NCBI GenBank assembly: GCA_049322215.1
Contig: JBMORU010000001.1
Coordinates: 969,759-1,033,758 of the forward strand
Direction: 5' to 3'
DNA length: 64,000 nucleotides
Source: Patescibacteria group bacterium
Lineage (GTDB): Bacteria; Patescibacteriota; WWE3; UBA101185; UBA10185
Shown here: in pieces, positions 18,203 to 27,791 of the stretch
Position numbering within the stretch: the first letter of the stretch is position 1
Layout: the number at the start of each line of letters is the position of its first letter
Notes under the pieces: model-generated
What the model was told of the DNA's origin: nothing
Seen by the model: the letters and a program-made list of their open reading frames with translations, nothing else
Databases searched by the model: none
Program-made: the position numbers and the translations under genes

Positions 18203-18434
18203 TGAATATTACAAAAAAATTAAAAAAATGCTTATAGATAATTATGGTGTAGATGAGGATGAAATAGTGGAAGATGCTTATTTTGGTGATGACCTAAACT
18301 TAGGGGATCTAGAACTAGAAGAAATGTTACAAGTTTTAGAAGACGAATATGAAATCACTTTTGAGGAAGAAGAAAGAGGAGAAATAGAAACAGTTGACGA
18401 CTTAACAACATTATTATCGGAGAAACTAGATTAA
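18195..18434 (+). CDS. acyl carrier protein homologue lacking the phosphopantetheine-attachment Ser (DSL becomes GDL)
   Basis: Gapless alignment over about 66 residues with E. coli AcpP (from memory). The acpP-to-rnc synteny matches Firmicutes. The ATG at 18195 overlaps the nusB stop. Confidence 0.55.
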   Translation: MNDEYYKKIKKMLIDNYGVDEDEIVEDAYFGDDLNLGDLELEEMLQVLEDEYEITFEEEERGEIETVDDLTTLLSEKLD

Positions 18435-18437
18435 TTT

Positions 18438-19133
18438 ATGCATTTTGACTTTGAAAAAGTAAACAAAGTATTAGAAACTAAACTTGAAGAGGAAGATCTC
18501 TTTAAAACAGCGTTTACACACAGATCTTACTTAAATGAACATCCTGATTACCCTAATCCTTCTAACGAGCGACTAGAGTTTTTAGGAGATGCTGTTTTAC
18601 AGTTTATTTCCTCAGAATTTTTGTACAATACATATCCCGACTGTACTGAAGGCCATTTAACTAACTATAGAGCAGCTATTGTTAATACTAATTCTTTGGC
18701 AAGTGAAGCTTACCGCCTTGGCTACGGAGAATTTTTATTGTTATCTAAAGGAGAAGAAGCCTCGGGAGGTAGAGAAAGAGAATATATTTTAGCAAATACC
18801 TTTGAAGCAGTTTTAGGCGCACTATATTTAGAAAAAGGAATTGGCCATTGCAAAGAATTTTTAGAAAGAGAGCTGTTATACAAAGTGCAAGATATAGTAG
18901 AAAACGAAGACTATAAAGATAACAAGTCAGTGTTTCAAGAAATGGCACAAGAAAAAAAGGGAGTAACACCCACATACGAAGTTATGGATTCGTGGGGTGC
19001 CGATCATAACAAAACATTTAAAGTCGGCGTTTATTTAGGTAAAAAGCTATATGGAGAAGGCCAAGGAAAAAGCAAACAAAAGGCACAACAGAGTGCAGCC
19101 AAAGCTGCATTGGACAAGCTCCAAAACGAGTGA
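18438..19133 (+). CDS. rnc: ribonuclease III
   Basis: ERLEFLGDAVL signature plus a C-terminal dsRBD. Confidence 0.85.
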   Translation: MHFDFEKVNKVLETKLEEEDLFKTAFTHRSYLNEHPDYPNPSNERLEFLGDAVLQFISSEFLYNTYPDCTEGHLTNYRAAIVNTNSLASEAYRLGYGEFLLLSKGEEASGGREREYILANTFEAVLGALYLEKGIGHCKEFLERELLYKVQDIVENEDYKDNKSVFQEMAQEKKGVTPTYEVMDSWGADHNKTFKVGVYLGKKLYGEGQGKSKQKAQQSAAKAALDKLQNE

Positions 19134-19181
19134 TAAAATGCCAAAGCACTTGGTAACAAGTAATGATTTAGTGAATTATTT

Positions 19182-19529
19182 ATGTCAATAACAATAAGAT
19201 TAGCAAAAGTCGGAAAAAAACATGCACCTGCTTATAAAGTAGTTGTGGCTAATACCCGTGATAAAAGAAACGGTAAGTTTCTTGATGTACTAGGGTATTA
19301 CAATCCTTCTATGAATCCTGTAGAATTTGAATTAGATCAGAAAAAGTATTCTGACTGGAAGAGCAAAGGTGCTTTATCTACTAAAGCAATCGAAAAGCTC
19401 GTTGATGGTACATACGAGTTTAAAAAGTATGAACCTAACAAGGGAGAAGAAGAAGCTACACAAGCCGAAGCAGATGATGCAACAGAAACGTCTTCGGAAG
19501 ACGACGTACCTGCTGAACAAGAGGCTTGA
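19182..19529 (+). CDS. rpsP: 30S ribosomal protein S16 with an acidic C-terminal tail
   Basis: MSITIRLAKVGKKHAPAYKVVVANTRDKRNGKFLD. Confidence 0.85.
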   Translation: MSITIRLAKVGKKHAPAYKVVVANTRDKRNGKFLDVLGYYNPSMNPVEFELDQKKYSDWKSKGALSTKAIEKLVDGTYEFKKYEPNKGEEEATQAEADDATETSSEDDVPAEQEA

Positions 19530-19562
19530 GCTAATAGATAATTTGTTATAGGAGGTATATAA

Positions 19563-19862
19563 ATGAAAGAATTTGTAGAATATATTTTAAAGTCTATAGT
19601 TAATAACCCAGATGCGGTTGTTGTTGAAGAAGCAGTAGATGGAACTATTGTTGATATCAAAATAACAGTAGCAAAAGAAGACATGGGCTTGGTAATTGGT
19701 AAAGAAGGTAGAACAATAAAAAGTATAAGATCAATAGCTAAAGCTAAAGCTATATTGGACGAAGTAAAAGTAAACGTTCAATTAGAAGATCCTTATGCTG
19801 AAAATAAAGAAGAAGAAACAACAGCACCAGCTGAAGAAGCTGAAACACCAGCTGAAGAATAA
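19563..19862 (+). CDS. KH-domain RNA-binding protein (YlqC/UPF0109 family)
   Basis: GLVIGKEGRTIKSIR KH motif; RBS AGGAGG; follows rpsP. Confidence 0.75.
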   Translation: MKEFVEYILKSIVNNPDAVVVEEAVDGTIVDIKITVAKEDMGLVIGKEGRTIKSIRSIAKAKAILDEVKVNVQLEDPYAENKEEETTAPAEEAETPAEE

Positions 19863-19870
19863 GCAATTAA

Positions 19871-20524
19871 ATGTTAAGATTCGACATAATAACTTTATTT
19901 CCAGGTTTATTTGAAGAATTTGTTAATGGCCTTCCTTTTAGGAAGGCCATTGATTTAAATGTTTTAAATATTTACCTGCATAATTTACGCGACCACGCAA
20001 TTGATAAGCACGGTACAGTAGATTCACGAGTTTATGGTGGGGGAGTGGGAATGCTTTTAAGAATTGAGCCAATTGATAAAGCACTAGAAATGGTTAAAAG
20101 CGATGTTCCAAACACACATGTCATTGTACTAACACCTAAAGGAAATAAGCTCACACAAAAAAAAGCAGATGAGTTAAGCAAAAAAGAAGCTATAACACTA
20201 GTATGTGGAAGATACGAAGGGTTTGACCAACGCGTAGTAGATAATCTTGCAGATGAAGCGCTTTCTATTGGTGATTTTGTACTATCCGGGGGAGAATTAC
20301 CAGCATTGGTAACTATGGAAAGTATCACAAGATTATTACCTGGCGTACTCGAAAAAGAAGATGCAACAAAAATTGAATCTTTTAGTAACGAAAACACATA
20401 CGAATTTCCACAATATACAAGACCTGAAGAGTATAAGGGCTGGAAGGTACCTGAAGTATTACTATCGGGACATCATAAGCTTATCGAAGACTGGCGCAAA
20501 AAAAACAGCGAAGAAATAAAATAA
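19871..20524 (+). CDS. trmD: tRNA (guanine37-N1)-methyltransferase
   Basis: MLRFDIITLFPGLFE and VCGRYEGFDQRV motifs. Confidence 0.85.
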   Translation: MLRFDIITLFPGLFEEFVNGLPFRKAIDLNVLNIYLHNLRDHAIDKHGTVDSRVYGGGVGMLLRIEPIDKALEMVKSDVPNTHVIVLTPKGNKLTQKKADELSKKEAITLVCGRYEGFDQRVVDNLADEALSIGDFVLSGGELPALVTMESITRLLPGVLEKEDATKIESFSNENTYEFPQYTRPEEYKGWKVPEVLLSGHHKLIEDWRKKNSEEIK

Positions 20525-20532
20525 CTTACTTG

Positions 20533-21384
20533 CTACTCATTTTCACCAATTAGCTCTAATACCTCATCTGGAAGAGGCTCTTCTGTAGGAGTTTCCTCAC
20601 CCTCACTTGGTTGTTCTTCAGAAGCGGCTTCTGAGTCTTCAGGAGCCTCAGTAGACTCATCTACGGGGCCTTCTTCTAAAGCTTCATCAACTATGGTGCT
20701 TGGAACGGTAGTATCGAAATAACGAAGCCCTTTGAGCTTGTCTATTAACGCAATGAATTGCTCACTTGTAACATTTAAATTTACCGGATCATCAGTTACC
20801 GCGTTAGACTGAACTTCTAAATAAGGTGATGTTAAAACTACTGATGCTGAAAGCACATCAGCACCTTCTTCACTAACAGATTCACTATAACGCAAACTTA
20901 TAATATCTATTATACGTCCGGAGTTTTCCAGATTACGCAAAAAAGTTTCTATTTGTGTATAGTTTCCAGCAACTCCTAAACTTACTGTAACTGATTCATA
21001 TAATGCCAAGTCAGCATCTTCACCAGAAGTTTCACCAAAGGAATAACTTAGCTTAGTAACTGCTAAACCCGACTCTCTTGCCAAAGAATCTATTTGGGTT
21101 AAAAGAATAGGAACATTAGGGTCAGAAACCAAAACCTGGTCAATTAAGGCAGAATTTTCGTCTACGACACTTTTAAAGTCTAACAAATTATTTAAGTTAG
21201 AAGCTTTTGTTCTTAATTGAGCCTCAAGTTCACGTTTTTGCATAACCTCTGCTTTTAGTAATGGTAATTTACTTATAGAAGGATATACCCAAAAAACAAA
21301 CAACCCAATAGAAACAATGATACTAATTATTGGTATTAAAAAGTTTAGTAGGGTGTCTTTAAGTGTTTGAGTGTTTATATTCAT
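20533..21384 (-). CDS. pilO: type IV pilus assembly protein PilO-like (N-terminal TM, coiled coil, acidic C-terminal tail)
   Basis: Topology and position after pilN; last gene of the pilus operon. Confidence 0.55.
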   Translation of the reverse strand: MNINTQTLKDTLLNFLIPIISIIVSIGLFVFWVYPSISKLPLLKAEVMQKRELEAQLRTKASNLNNLLDFKSVVDENSALIDQVLVSDPNVPILLTQIDSLARESGLAVTKLSYSFGETSGEDADLALYESVTVSLGVAGNYTQIETFLRNLENSGRIIDIISLRYSESVSEEGADVLSASVVLTSPYLEVQSNAVTDDPVNLNVTSEQFIALIDKLKGLRYFDTTVPSTIVDEALEEGPVDESTEAPEDSEAASEEQPSEGEETPTEEPLPDEVLELIGENE

Positions 21385-21965
21385 TTCTTTAGTAAAGATT
21401 CATCAAAATCTATAATAATAAAATACTTGGCAGAGCTATTTTGGCTATCTAAGTTTACTGTTGTTAAAGTAACATTTGTAAATAGTGCCGCTAAACCATC
21501 GCCTGCAGAAGGAAAGTTTTGGTCTGATAAAGTTTTTATAAACTGTGCTATAGAAATATAATCTGAACCTGTACCTGATATATTTATAATTGGGTCACCG
21601 CTGTCTAAACTTAGGTTTGCAATAACTACATTTGCAGGAACTCTTTTGGATAATTCCGAAAGCAAAATAGAAAAGTAATTGCGATCGGCATAAATACTTT
21701 GAACCGCAGAAAATTTAGCATCCAAATTTCGTGCAGAAATTTCTATTTGAGCTAAGTTCGTGATTTCCTTACGTAATTCCTGAATACGGGCTTCTGCACC
21801 ATCAGACTCTTGTTGAAGACTTCGAATTTGCCAGTAATAGTAGCCACTGATACCCAAAACCAGTAACAAAATAAGCAAAGAAACCACAGTACCTGCCTTC
21901 ACCGCTTTTTCTCTTACTTGTTCCTGTTTTTCTTCCTGAGGAATCAGGTTAATACTTTGAGCCAT
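21381..21965 (-). CDS. pilN: type IV pilus assembly protein PilN-like
   Basis: Single TM plus coiled coil; overlaps pilM and pilO by 1-4 nt. Confidence 0.55.
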   Translation of the reverse strand: MAQSINLIPQEEKQEQVREKAVKAGTVVSLLILLLVLGISGYYYWQIRSLQQESDGAEARIQELRKEITNLAQIEISARNLDAKFSAVQSIYADRNYFSILLSELSKRVPANVVIANLSLDSGDPIINISGTGSDYISIAQFIKTLSDQNFPSAGDGLAALFTNVTLTTVNLDSQNSSAKYFIIIDFDESLLKK

Positions 21966-23002
21966 TAACTCGCAAGTCCTTTCATTGCTAGACCAACTGC
22001 AGTTACAAACATAGGCCCAGAATCGGTTAAGTATTCTTTTTTAGAAAGTATTTTTTCGGAAATCCTAATGTTTCTCCAAGGGTTAGCTAGCTCTACTTCT
22101 AAATCTAAATTATTTGCCATGTAAAAGAGTAATCCAGGCATCAGGGCAGCACCTCCGGAAAGTATTACTCTATTAATGATAACATTGGGATTATGCGTTG
22201 TATAGAAAATTTTAGAGCGTTTTATTTCGGCAGTAATATTATCAAATAATGGTTTAAGTACCTCATAAACCTTACCATCTGCCTGAGTGCTATCTAAACC
22301 ATAAGTTTTTTTATATTCTTCTGCCTGATTAAAATCAAAATTTAATGCTTGCGCCAAAGAACGCGATAAAGTATCACCACCCATTGAAATACTTCTAGTG
22401 AAGCGTACGTATCCTTTATATGTAACAATAATTTCTGTACTCAACTCTCCCATATTTAAAATAATGCTAGCGCTTGGCCTACTTGGGTTATCTCCTAAAA
22501 CACGTCCTATAGCAAGTGTTTCGGGCTCAAGTCCTTTGGGAACAAGCTTTGCATCTTTTAAAATGGCCACATATTTACTTAAAACTGCTTGTTTTGCAGC
22601 CACTAACAAAACATCCATTTTATTTTTATCAATAGAATCAGTATCTATTATTTGGAAATCATAATTTACTTCTTTAAGAGGTAAGGGTATGTATTGTTCT
22701 GCCTCAAAGGCTATCGAGCTTTTTAAATCTTTTTCACCCATTTGTGGAACTTTAATAACCCTTGTAAATACGTCGGATTCAGGCAAAGAAACAATTACTT
22801 GATTCGAGGTAAACCCATTTTCCGAAAATATTTCTTTTAGTTTTTCTGAGTAATAGTCTAAGTCTTCTTTTGTATTGGATTCCAAGTTTAACTTGGCGTC
22901 ATTGAAAACGGTAAAGTTTTTAAGAACTTTGTTTCCCTTTATTTCATCTATTTCTAAGGCTTTTATGCTATAAGTACCTAAATCTAAACCTACTATGGAC
23001 AT
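21965..23002 (-). CDS. pilM: type IV pilus assembly ATPase-fold protein PilM
   Basis: Actin-like fold starting MSIVGLDLGTYSIKALE. Confidence 0.75.
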   Translation of the reverse strand: MSIVGLDLGTYSIKALEIDEIKGNKVLKNFTVFNDAKLNLESNTKEDLDYYSEKLKEIFSENGFTSNQVIVSLPESDVFTRVIKVPQMGEKDLKSSIAFEAEQYIPLPLKEVNYDFQIIDTDSIDKNKMDVLLVAAKQAVLSKYVAILKDAKLVPKGLEPETLAIGRVLGDNPSRPSASIILNMGELSTEIIVTYKGYVRFTRSISMGGDTLSRSLAQALNFDFNQAEEYKKTYGLDSTQADGKVYEVLKPLFDNITAEIKRSKIFYTTHNPNVIINRVILSGGAALMPGLLFYMANNLDLEVELANPWRNIRISEKILSKKEYLTDSGPMFVTAVGLAMKGLAS

Positions 23003-23044
23003 GGTTAAATTCTAAAGTCTCTACTGTTTAATAGCAAGTTGCTA

Positions 23045-23857
23045 CTAATTAGAAAGTGGTTCTGTTGTATGTGTTTGAAATAAAGCAAAATCATATTGAA
23101 AGGGAACATAAGATTCGGTTTTTACTACCACAACTCGCTTTACGGCATCGCCAACTTGTCCAACTGATTCAATACGAATGCCTTGCGAAGGTAGAGAAGC
23201 ACCAGAATCAGATAAAACATTCACTTCCACATCGTTATAAAAAGACCGCAACCTAACCAACTTAGAATCGGGTCTGCCATTTATAGTAAAACAATGGGCA
23301 TATCCAAAAGCAGATGTAGCATCATCAAAACCGTTGCTAGTGTATGGAGATCCTAACGAATTTATGGCATAACTATCCATAGCTACAGAACCTGCGTTTC
23401 CATAAACATGGTAGGCCATTACTGAAGGTAAAAATCCGCTACTTGGGCTATTCCAACAAACAAATAAGTCAGTATTATCAGCATACCCATCTGTAATTAC
23501 TTGAGATACGTTTTCCTGTGTAACTCCAATTCCTAATGAGTCTGAAGAACCCTCAGTGCTTAATGTAATGCTTGCAGTAGCTACTACACCATCACTCCCT
23601 GTGATTTCCAAATAACAATCGGAAGTGCAGTTGCTGTTTTGAATATAATCTAATAATGTTTGATTTGGTAACGTTAAAATTCGTTCAACGGCAGCTTCAG
23701 CAACAGCTAAAGCTCTTTCTGAGTTATCGCTTTCACTTATAGTGCTTAAGTTTTTAATAAAGCGGGTGGAAACTGTAAGACCAATAGACAAAGCAATTAG
23801 CATCACCAAAACAATTAAGAGTATCGTTTGCCCTTGTTGATTTTTACCAAAACACAT
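23045..23857 (-). CDS. PilX-N-domain pilus assembly protein (paralog 1)
   Basis: N-terminus NQQGQTILLIVLVMLIALSIGL resembles the PilX N-terminal domain. Confidence 0.5.
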   Translation of the reverse strand: MCFGKNQQGQTILLIVLVMLIALSIGLTVSTRFIKNLSTISESDNSERALAVAEAAVERILTLPNQTLLDYIQNSNCTSDCYLEITGSDGVVATASITLSTEGSSDSLGIGVTQENVSQVITDGYADNTDLFVCWNSPSSGFLPSVMAYHVYGNAGSVAMDSYAINSLGSPYTSNGFDDATSAFGYAHCFTINGRPDSKLVRLRSFYNDVEVNVLSDSGASLPSQGIRIESVGQVGDAVKRVVVVKTESYVPFQYDFALFQTHTTEPLSN

Positions 23858-24390
23858 TAATATGCACCTCTAACAACAACGGTGTTGTCTAGGGAAACAG
23901 CTCCAGTGAAAACAGCCGCTGCTGCAGAACCTCTTTGAATGAAAACTAAGTGAATTTTTACTATAGAACCATCGCTAAGTTCAGAAATATCAGCAAAGTT
24001 AGGTTGACCGTCGCTGCGATCAACTCTTATTCCCGAAACTGAATCGTCGTTTATAATAGTTACTTGACTACCACCATTCACTGCTCTAAATAAGTTACCG
24101 TTTCCATCTACTGTATAAGATATTGTTACTGGGGTATCGTTAAGTTCGCGAGAAATAGTTACTTGTGTAGCACTATTTACTACAACAGAATCCGCATCTC
24201 GCAGCTCTTTTTCCAATTTTAAAAGCACATAATTTGTGTTTTGCTCAATTTCGTTCGCTACACGAGTTTTGTTATAACTTCTTACTAAAGATACAATTAT
24301 GTCACTTGAAACACCTACAGTTATAACAATTAAACTTACAACAATTAACAATTCTATTAAAGTGAATCCTTTAGAATTTTTATTGTGCAT
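23857..24390 (-). CDS. prepilin-type pseudopilin (minor pilin)
   Basis: KGFTLIELLIVVSLI class III signal. Confidence 0.65.
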   Translation of the reverse strand: MHNKNSKGFTLIELLIVVSLIVITVGVSSDIIVSLVRSYNKTRVANEIEQNTNYVLLKLEKELRDADSVVVNSATQVTISRELNDTPVTISYTVDGNGNLFRAVNGGSQVTIINDDSVSGIRVDRSDGQPNFADISELSDGSIVKIHLVFIQRGSAAAAVFTGAVSLDNTVVVRGAY

Positions 24391-24884
24391 TACTCTGGCC
24401 TCCAGTTAGAAAGTTCTGTATATGAATGCGCATATTTAACATCAGTACCTACTCGCCAAGAAACAGTAACTGCTATACGAACTAAGTTGTCAGAAGCATC
24501 AACACCATCTCCATTTATAGGGTCACTTGTTGTAAAAAATCGTGTTATTTGGTCGGCACCACTTCCTATTGTTTCGGTACCTGAAGATACGCCTATACCT
24601 GAAGATGTAGTTATATAACAGTTGCTCGAATCGCAGTTTCCCATTGTTGCAGTAAAAGTAGCCCAGTCAGTACTATCTCTAAAGGCGCGGGCTAACTCAA
24701 TTTCTTCATTCACTAATTTAGAACTTTGTAATAAAAGCTTGCTTTGAGTAGACGTTCTTAAAGTAAAAACAGATAAAGAAACCAAAGAGGTTATAACAAT
24801 AAGAGAAATTCCTAGAGCTACAAGTGTTTCTATTAACCCTATTCCGTTTTCGTTTTTAAATAGTTTAATCATTAGTATTCGCAA
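24390..24884 (-). CDS. prepilin-like pseudopilin (PilV-like)
   Basis: NGIGLIETLVALGISLIVI. Confidence 0.5.
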   Translation of the reverse strand: MRILMIKLFKNENGIGLIETLVALGISLIVITSLVSLSVFTLRTSTQSKLLLQSSKLVNEEIELARAFRDSTDWATFTATMGNCDSSNCYITTSSGIGVSSGTETIGSGADQITRFFTTSDPINGDGVDASDNLVRIAVTVSWRVGTDVKYAHSYTELSNWRPE

Positions 24885-25462
24885 CTTACTTCAGCAGACC
24901 TTGCGCGAATTAGCCCCGCTGTATTTAATTCTATAGCCTCACAAGATGTATTATCAGAAAATCCCACAGTTATTACACAATTGGTGGGATTTGCATTGTT
25001 ACATTGAAAACCATCAGCAGCTCCAGAACCATCATTAAATGTAACATCACCGTTTTCATAGCTAAAAAACACACAAATTGGTCCGTTTCTAATTAATATG
25101 TTTCTGGGTAAATTTGACCCATTAGTGACCGGTTCGGTAGTGTTGAGACAATTTGCACTATAGTTAGTACCTGTAGCCTTAAAATAAGAATAATTTTTAG
25201 CATTATCGTAAAAACGAATACCCCAGTGAGTATACGTTCCATCTGAACCAACTCCTGACAAAGCATTGTTTTGAACGCTGCGCAAATCGCTTTTTACTTG
25301 TTCCTGCGCTTGAGTACGGCTTTGATTTTCGGAATAGGTGTTAAACCCTGGAACCAAAAAGCCGGTTAAAATAGCAATAAGTGAAACCACCACCAATAGT
25401 TCAATAAGCGTAAAACCTTGCATATTAGGGGTTTTTAGTTTTGTAATGACAAATAAGTACAT
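24872..25462 (-). CDS. prepilin-type pseudopilin
   Basis: MQGFTLIELLVVVSLIAIL. Confidence 0.65.
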   Translation of the reverse strand: MYLFVITKLKTPNMQGFTLIELLVVVSLIAILTGFLVPGFNTYSENQSRTQAQEQVKSDLRSVQNNALSGVGSDGTYTHWGIRFYDNAKNYSYFKATGTNYSANCLNTTEPVTNGSNLPRNILIRNGPICVFFSYENGDVTFNDGSGAADGFQCNNANPTNCVITVGFSDNTSCEAIELNTAGLIRARSAEVSCEY

Positions 25463-25468
25463 ACTAAA

Positions 25469-26032
25469 TTAACTTTCAGGCTGCTTAACTCCTACACAGT
25501 AGTTTTTTGTAGGGAAATTATTACCACATCCACTTAGATTCCAATTGCTTAGTTGTTCGCAGCGCATCTCCAAATCTGATGCAGCTTTGGGATTTTCTAA
25601 AATAGCAGTGAGTATATAATATCTACCTTGAGCCGAAGCCGGAGAATAATAAGCATATCGGTTAAAATTTGCATTATTGCACGGACTATTTGTTCCGCCG
25701 GTTTCACCACTTGGATCTTCAGGAATATGCGACAAGTAAGCAGGAGATAGAGCAGTCTTCATAAAATTGCTGTTGTTATCGTTAACTTGCCGCCAGGCAC
25801 TTCCAGTGGTAGGATACCTTAGATTTTCTGCAAAATATATTTCTAATGCTGTTTGAATTTTTTGTAAATCGGAAATGCGTTGAGTATCGCGACCTTTCGA
25901 ACGAATACCCGAAGAGTTTAAAACTGCCAAAATAAGTCCACTTAGCACAGATATTATAACTATAACTAATAAAAGCTCTATTAAGGTAAAACCCTTCGTC
26001 TTAAGTAATTTGTTTTGGGCAGCCTTATACAT
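25469..26032 (-). CDS. type IV pilin
   Basis: KGFTLIELLLVIVIISVL...RDTQRISDLQKIQTALEIY. Confidence 0.7.
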   Translation of the reverse strand: MYKAAQNKLLKTKGFTLIELLLVIVIISVLSGLILAVLNSSGIRSKGRDTQRISDLQKIQTALEIYFAENLRYPTTGSAWRQVNDNNSNFMKTALSPAYLSHIPEDPSGETGGTNSPCNNANFNRYAYYSPASAQGRYYILTAILENPKAASDLEMRCEQLSNWNLSGCGNNFPTKNYCVGVKQPES

Positions 26033-26044
26033 ACATAAATGTTA

Positions 26045-26566
26045 TCACAATATTGTTAAGTCGTTACCTAGTTCGTAGTATAAATCGTCATCGCCACCAT
26101 CATTTGAATTTAGAGAATATTCTGTGAGTACTTCTAAACTAGCTTGCAACTCATAACCAAAATCAGTATGTGCATAAGAGTAATGGTGGGTACTATCGTT
26201 TAATGGATCAGTAGGAAGTTTTGTAATATAGTCACTTAGGTCGGCTGCAATCCACCCGTTTCCCAAACTATTAACTAAAGGCCCCGAACTTCCTACAGGA
26301 AGTGAAGTACTAACTCTTACAATGTCAGAAAAATCAGGATACACTCCGTTATCTATACGATATTCATTTATAGCTCTGTCTATAAGTTGTAAATCACTAA
26401 CTCGTTTTTCATCTCTAGCTTTACCTCTTAATTCAGATGGATTTACAGATAGTAAAGCATATGCAGAAATAATAGCTATTATCGCTATGACCACAGTTAT
26501 TTCAACATAAGTTAAACCTTTTTCAGAAACTTTTTTATTATGGATTTTCAACACCATAGCACACAT
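26045..26566 (-). CDS. divergent pilin-like protein. The start is uncertain: the listed 26578 is TTG, and ATGs occur at 26566 and 26557.
   Basis: GLTYVEITVVIAIIAI (Gly, with Glu at +5). The C-terminus DGGDDDLYYELGNDLTIL is shared with the pilins at 36868 and 44853. Confidence 0.45.
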   Translation of the reverse strand: MCAMVLKIHNKKVSEKGLTYVEITVVIAIIAIISAYALLSVNPSELRGKARDEKRVSDLQLIDRAINEYRIDNGVYPDFSDIVRVSTSLPVGSSGPLVNSLGNGWIAADLSDYITKLPTDPLNDSTHHYSYAHTDFGYELQASLEVLTEYSLNSNDGGDDDLYYELGNDLTIL

Positions 26567-27080
26567 CGCTTGTAGCAAAAGAAGAACAAGTAGACGATGG
26601 AATAGACCCGTACCCGTTTAAGCTACTACACTCATTATCATCGTTAGAGGTGGCAACCTCCATTATGGCAGCAAGCATGTATACTGATCCAGAAGCGTTA
26701 GTAATGTAGTGATATCTTTGAATATCTGGTGAGGAACATGGTTGATTAGCTGCAGATCCTTCTTCATCAGCAGGATCTAAAGGTAGGGGATCAATAAAGT
26801 CTGGTTCTAAATAAGAGGGTAGAAAGGAGCTGGCTTTTACCCAACCCTGGTTGCTACCCGAGGTGGGATACTGCCGGTTTTCCGCATAATACAGCTCTAA
26901 TGCCGTTTGGATTTTTTTTAAGTCTGAAGCACGTTGTGAATCACGAGCTTTCGACCTTATGCCTCCTGTATTTATAACAGAAAGCACTAAACCACTTAGT
27001 ACAGAAATTATAACCACTACTACTAACAATTCTATAAGTGTAAAACCATATTCCTTTGTTTTTAAATTTTGCGATTTCAT
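26538..27080 (-). CDS. type IV pilin (start revised to the ATG at 27080: MKSQNLKTKEYGFTLIELL)
   Basis: Paralog of the pilin at 25469 (RDSQRASDLKKIQTALELYYAEN). Confidence 0.7.
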   Translation of the reverse strand: MKSQNLKTKEYGFTLIELLVVVVIISVLSGLVLSVINTGGIRSKARDSQRASDLKKIQTALELYYAENRQYPTSGSNQGWVKASSFLPSYLEPDFIDPLPLDPADEEGSAANQPCSSPDIQRYHYITNASGSVYMLAAIMEVATSNDDNECSSLNGYGSIPSSTCSSFATSDVCYGVENP

Positions 27081-27091
27081 TTTAATAGCAT

Positions 27092-27117
27092 AATGAGGCC
27101 TCCGAGGAGGCCTCATT
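27092..27117 (-). terminator. GC-rich perfect hairpin (AATGAGGCCTCC ga GGAGGCCTCATT), a candidate attenuator/partial terminator after the major pilin gene
   Basis: 12-bp perfect inverted repeat 11 nt after the pilin stop. Only a weak U tract follows on the minus strand. Confidence 0.45.
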
Positions 27118-27127
27118 GTATAAGCCG

Positions 27128-27649
27128 TTAACTACAGTTGGTGCCTGCGTTATCACAATCCTGGATTTCTCCAACGGTATTATCGTATCTAAATATTGTG
27201 TCTACGATACCATGGGATTTACCAAAGATTTGGAACTGTACAGATCCTGCGCCACTAGGTGCAAGATATCTGAAACTACATTGAACTGCACCTGAACCAC
27301 TCCAAGTAGGAGCTGTTCCTGAACAAAGTACCGGTAACGGATTACCTGTAATAGTAAACATACAGTCATAGGAATTTGCGGTAGAACAGCTTGTACCAGA
27401 TTCGGTAACGTTAGATAAAGCAGCGATAAACTGAACCTCATCTGGAACCTCTCCATAGGCGGAGATGAAACCTTCGGTTGCCAATGCTACCTTGTTTATA
27501 CCAGCTTTAACTCCTGCATCTCTAGCTCTGTTTTGTTGAGTTGCTGGATTAATAACAGCAATCAACACACCGGCCAAAATACCTATAATAACGATAACGA
27601 TTAATAATTCAATAAGGGTGAAACCTTTAGAAGACCTTAGCGTTCTCAT
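27128..27649 (-). CDS. pilA: type IV pilin, candidate major pilin (start revised to the ATG at 27649: MRTLRSSKGFTLIELLIVIVIIGILAG)
   Basis: Strong SD GGGGGTGGAG. First prepilin gene after pilD, followed by a hairpin. The listed start at 27688 is TTG. Confidence 0.65.
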   Translation of the reverse strand: MRTLRSSKGFTLIELLIVIVIIGILAGVLIAVINPATQQNRARDAGVKAGINKVALATEGFISAYGEVPDEVQFIAALSNVTESGTSCSTANSYDCMFTITGNPLPVLCSGTAPTWSGSGAVQCSFRYLAPSGAGSVQFQIFGKSHGIVDTIFRYDNTVGEIQDCDNAGTNCS

Positions 27650-27791
27650 GTCTCCACCCCCTTTCTGATAGTATATAGTTGTATTCAAAACCTCTATTTA
27701 ACATGATACTGGGCAGATGACTACAGCAAATAAAATGTACCATGTTCAATGTAATCATCTATATCAAGTATGGCTGTCGACATATTTAATG

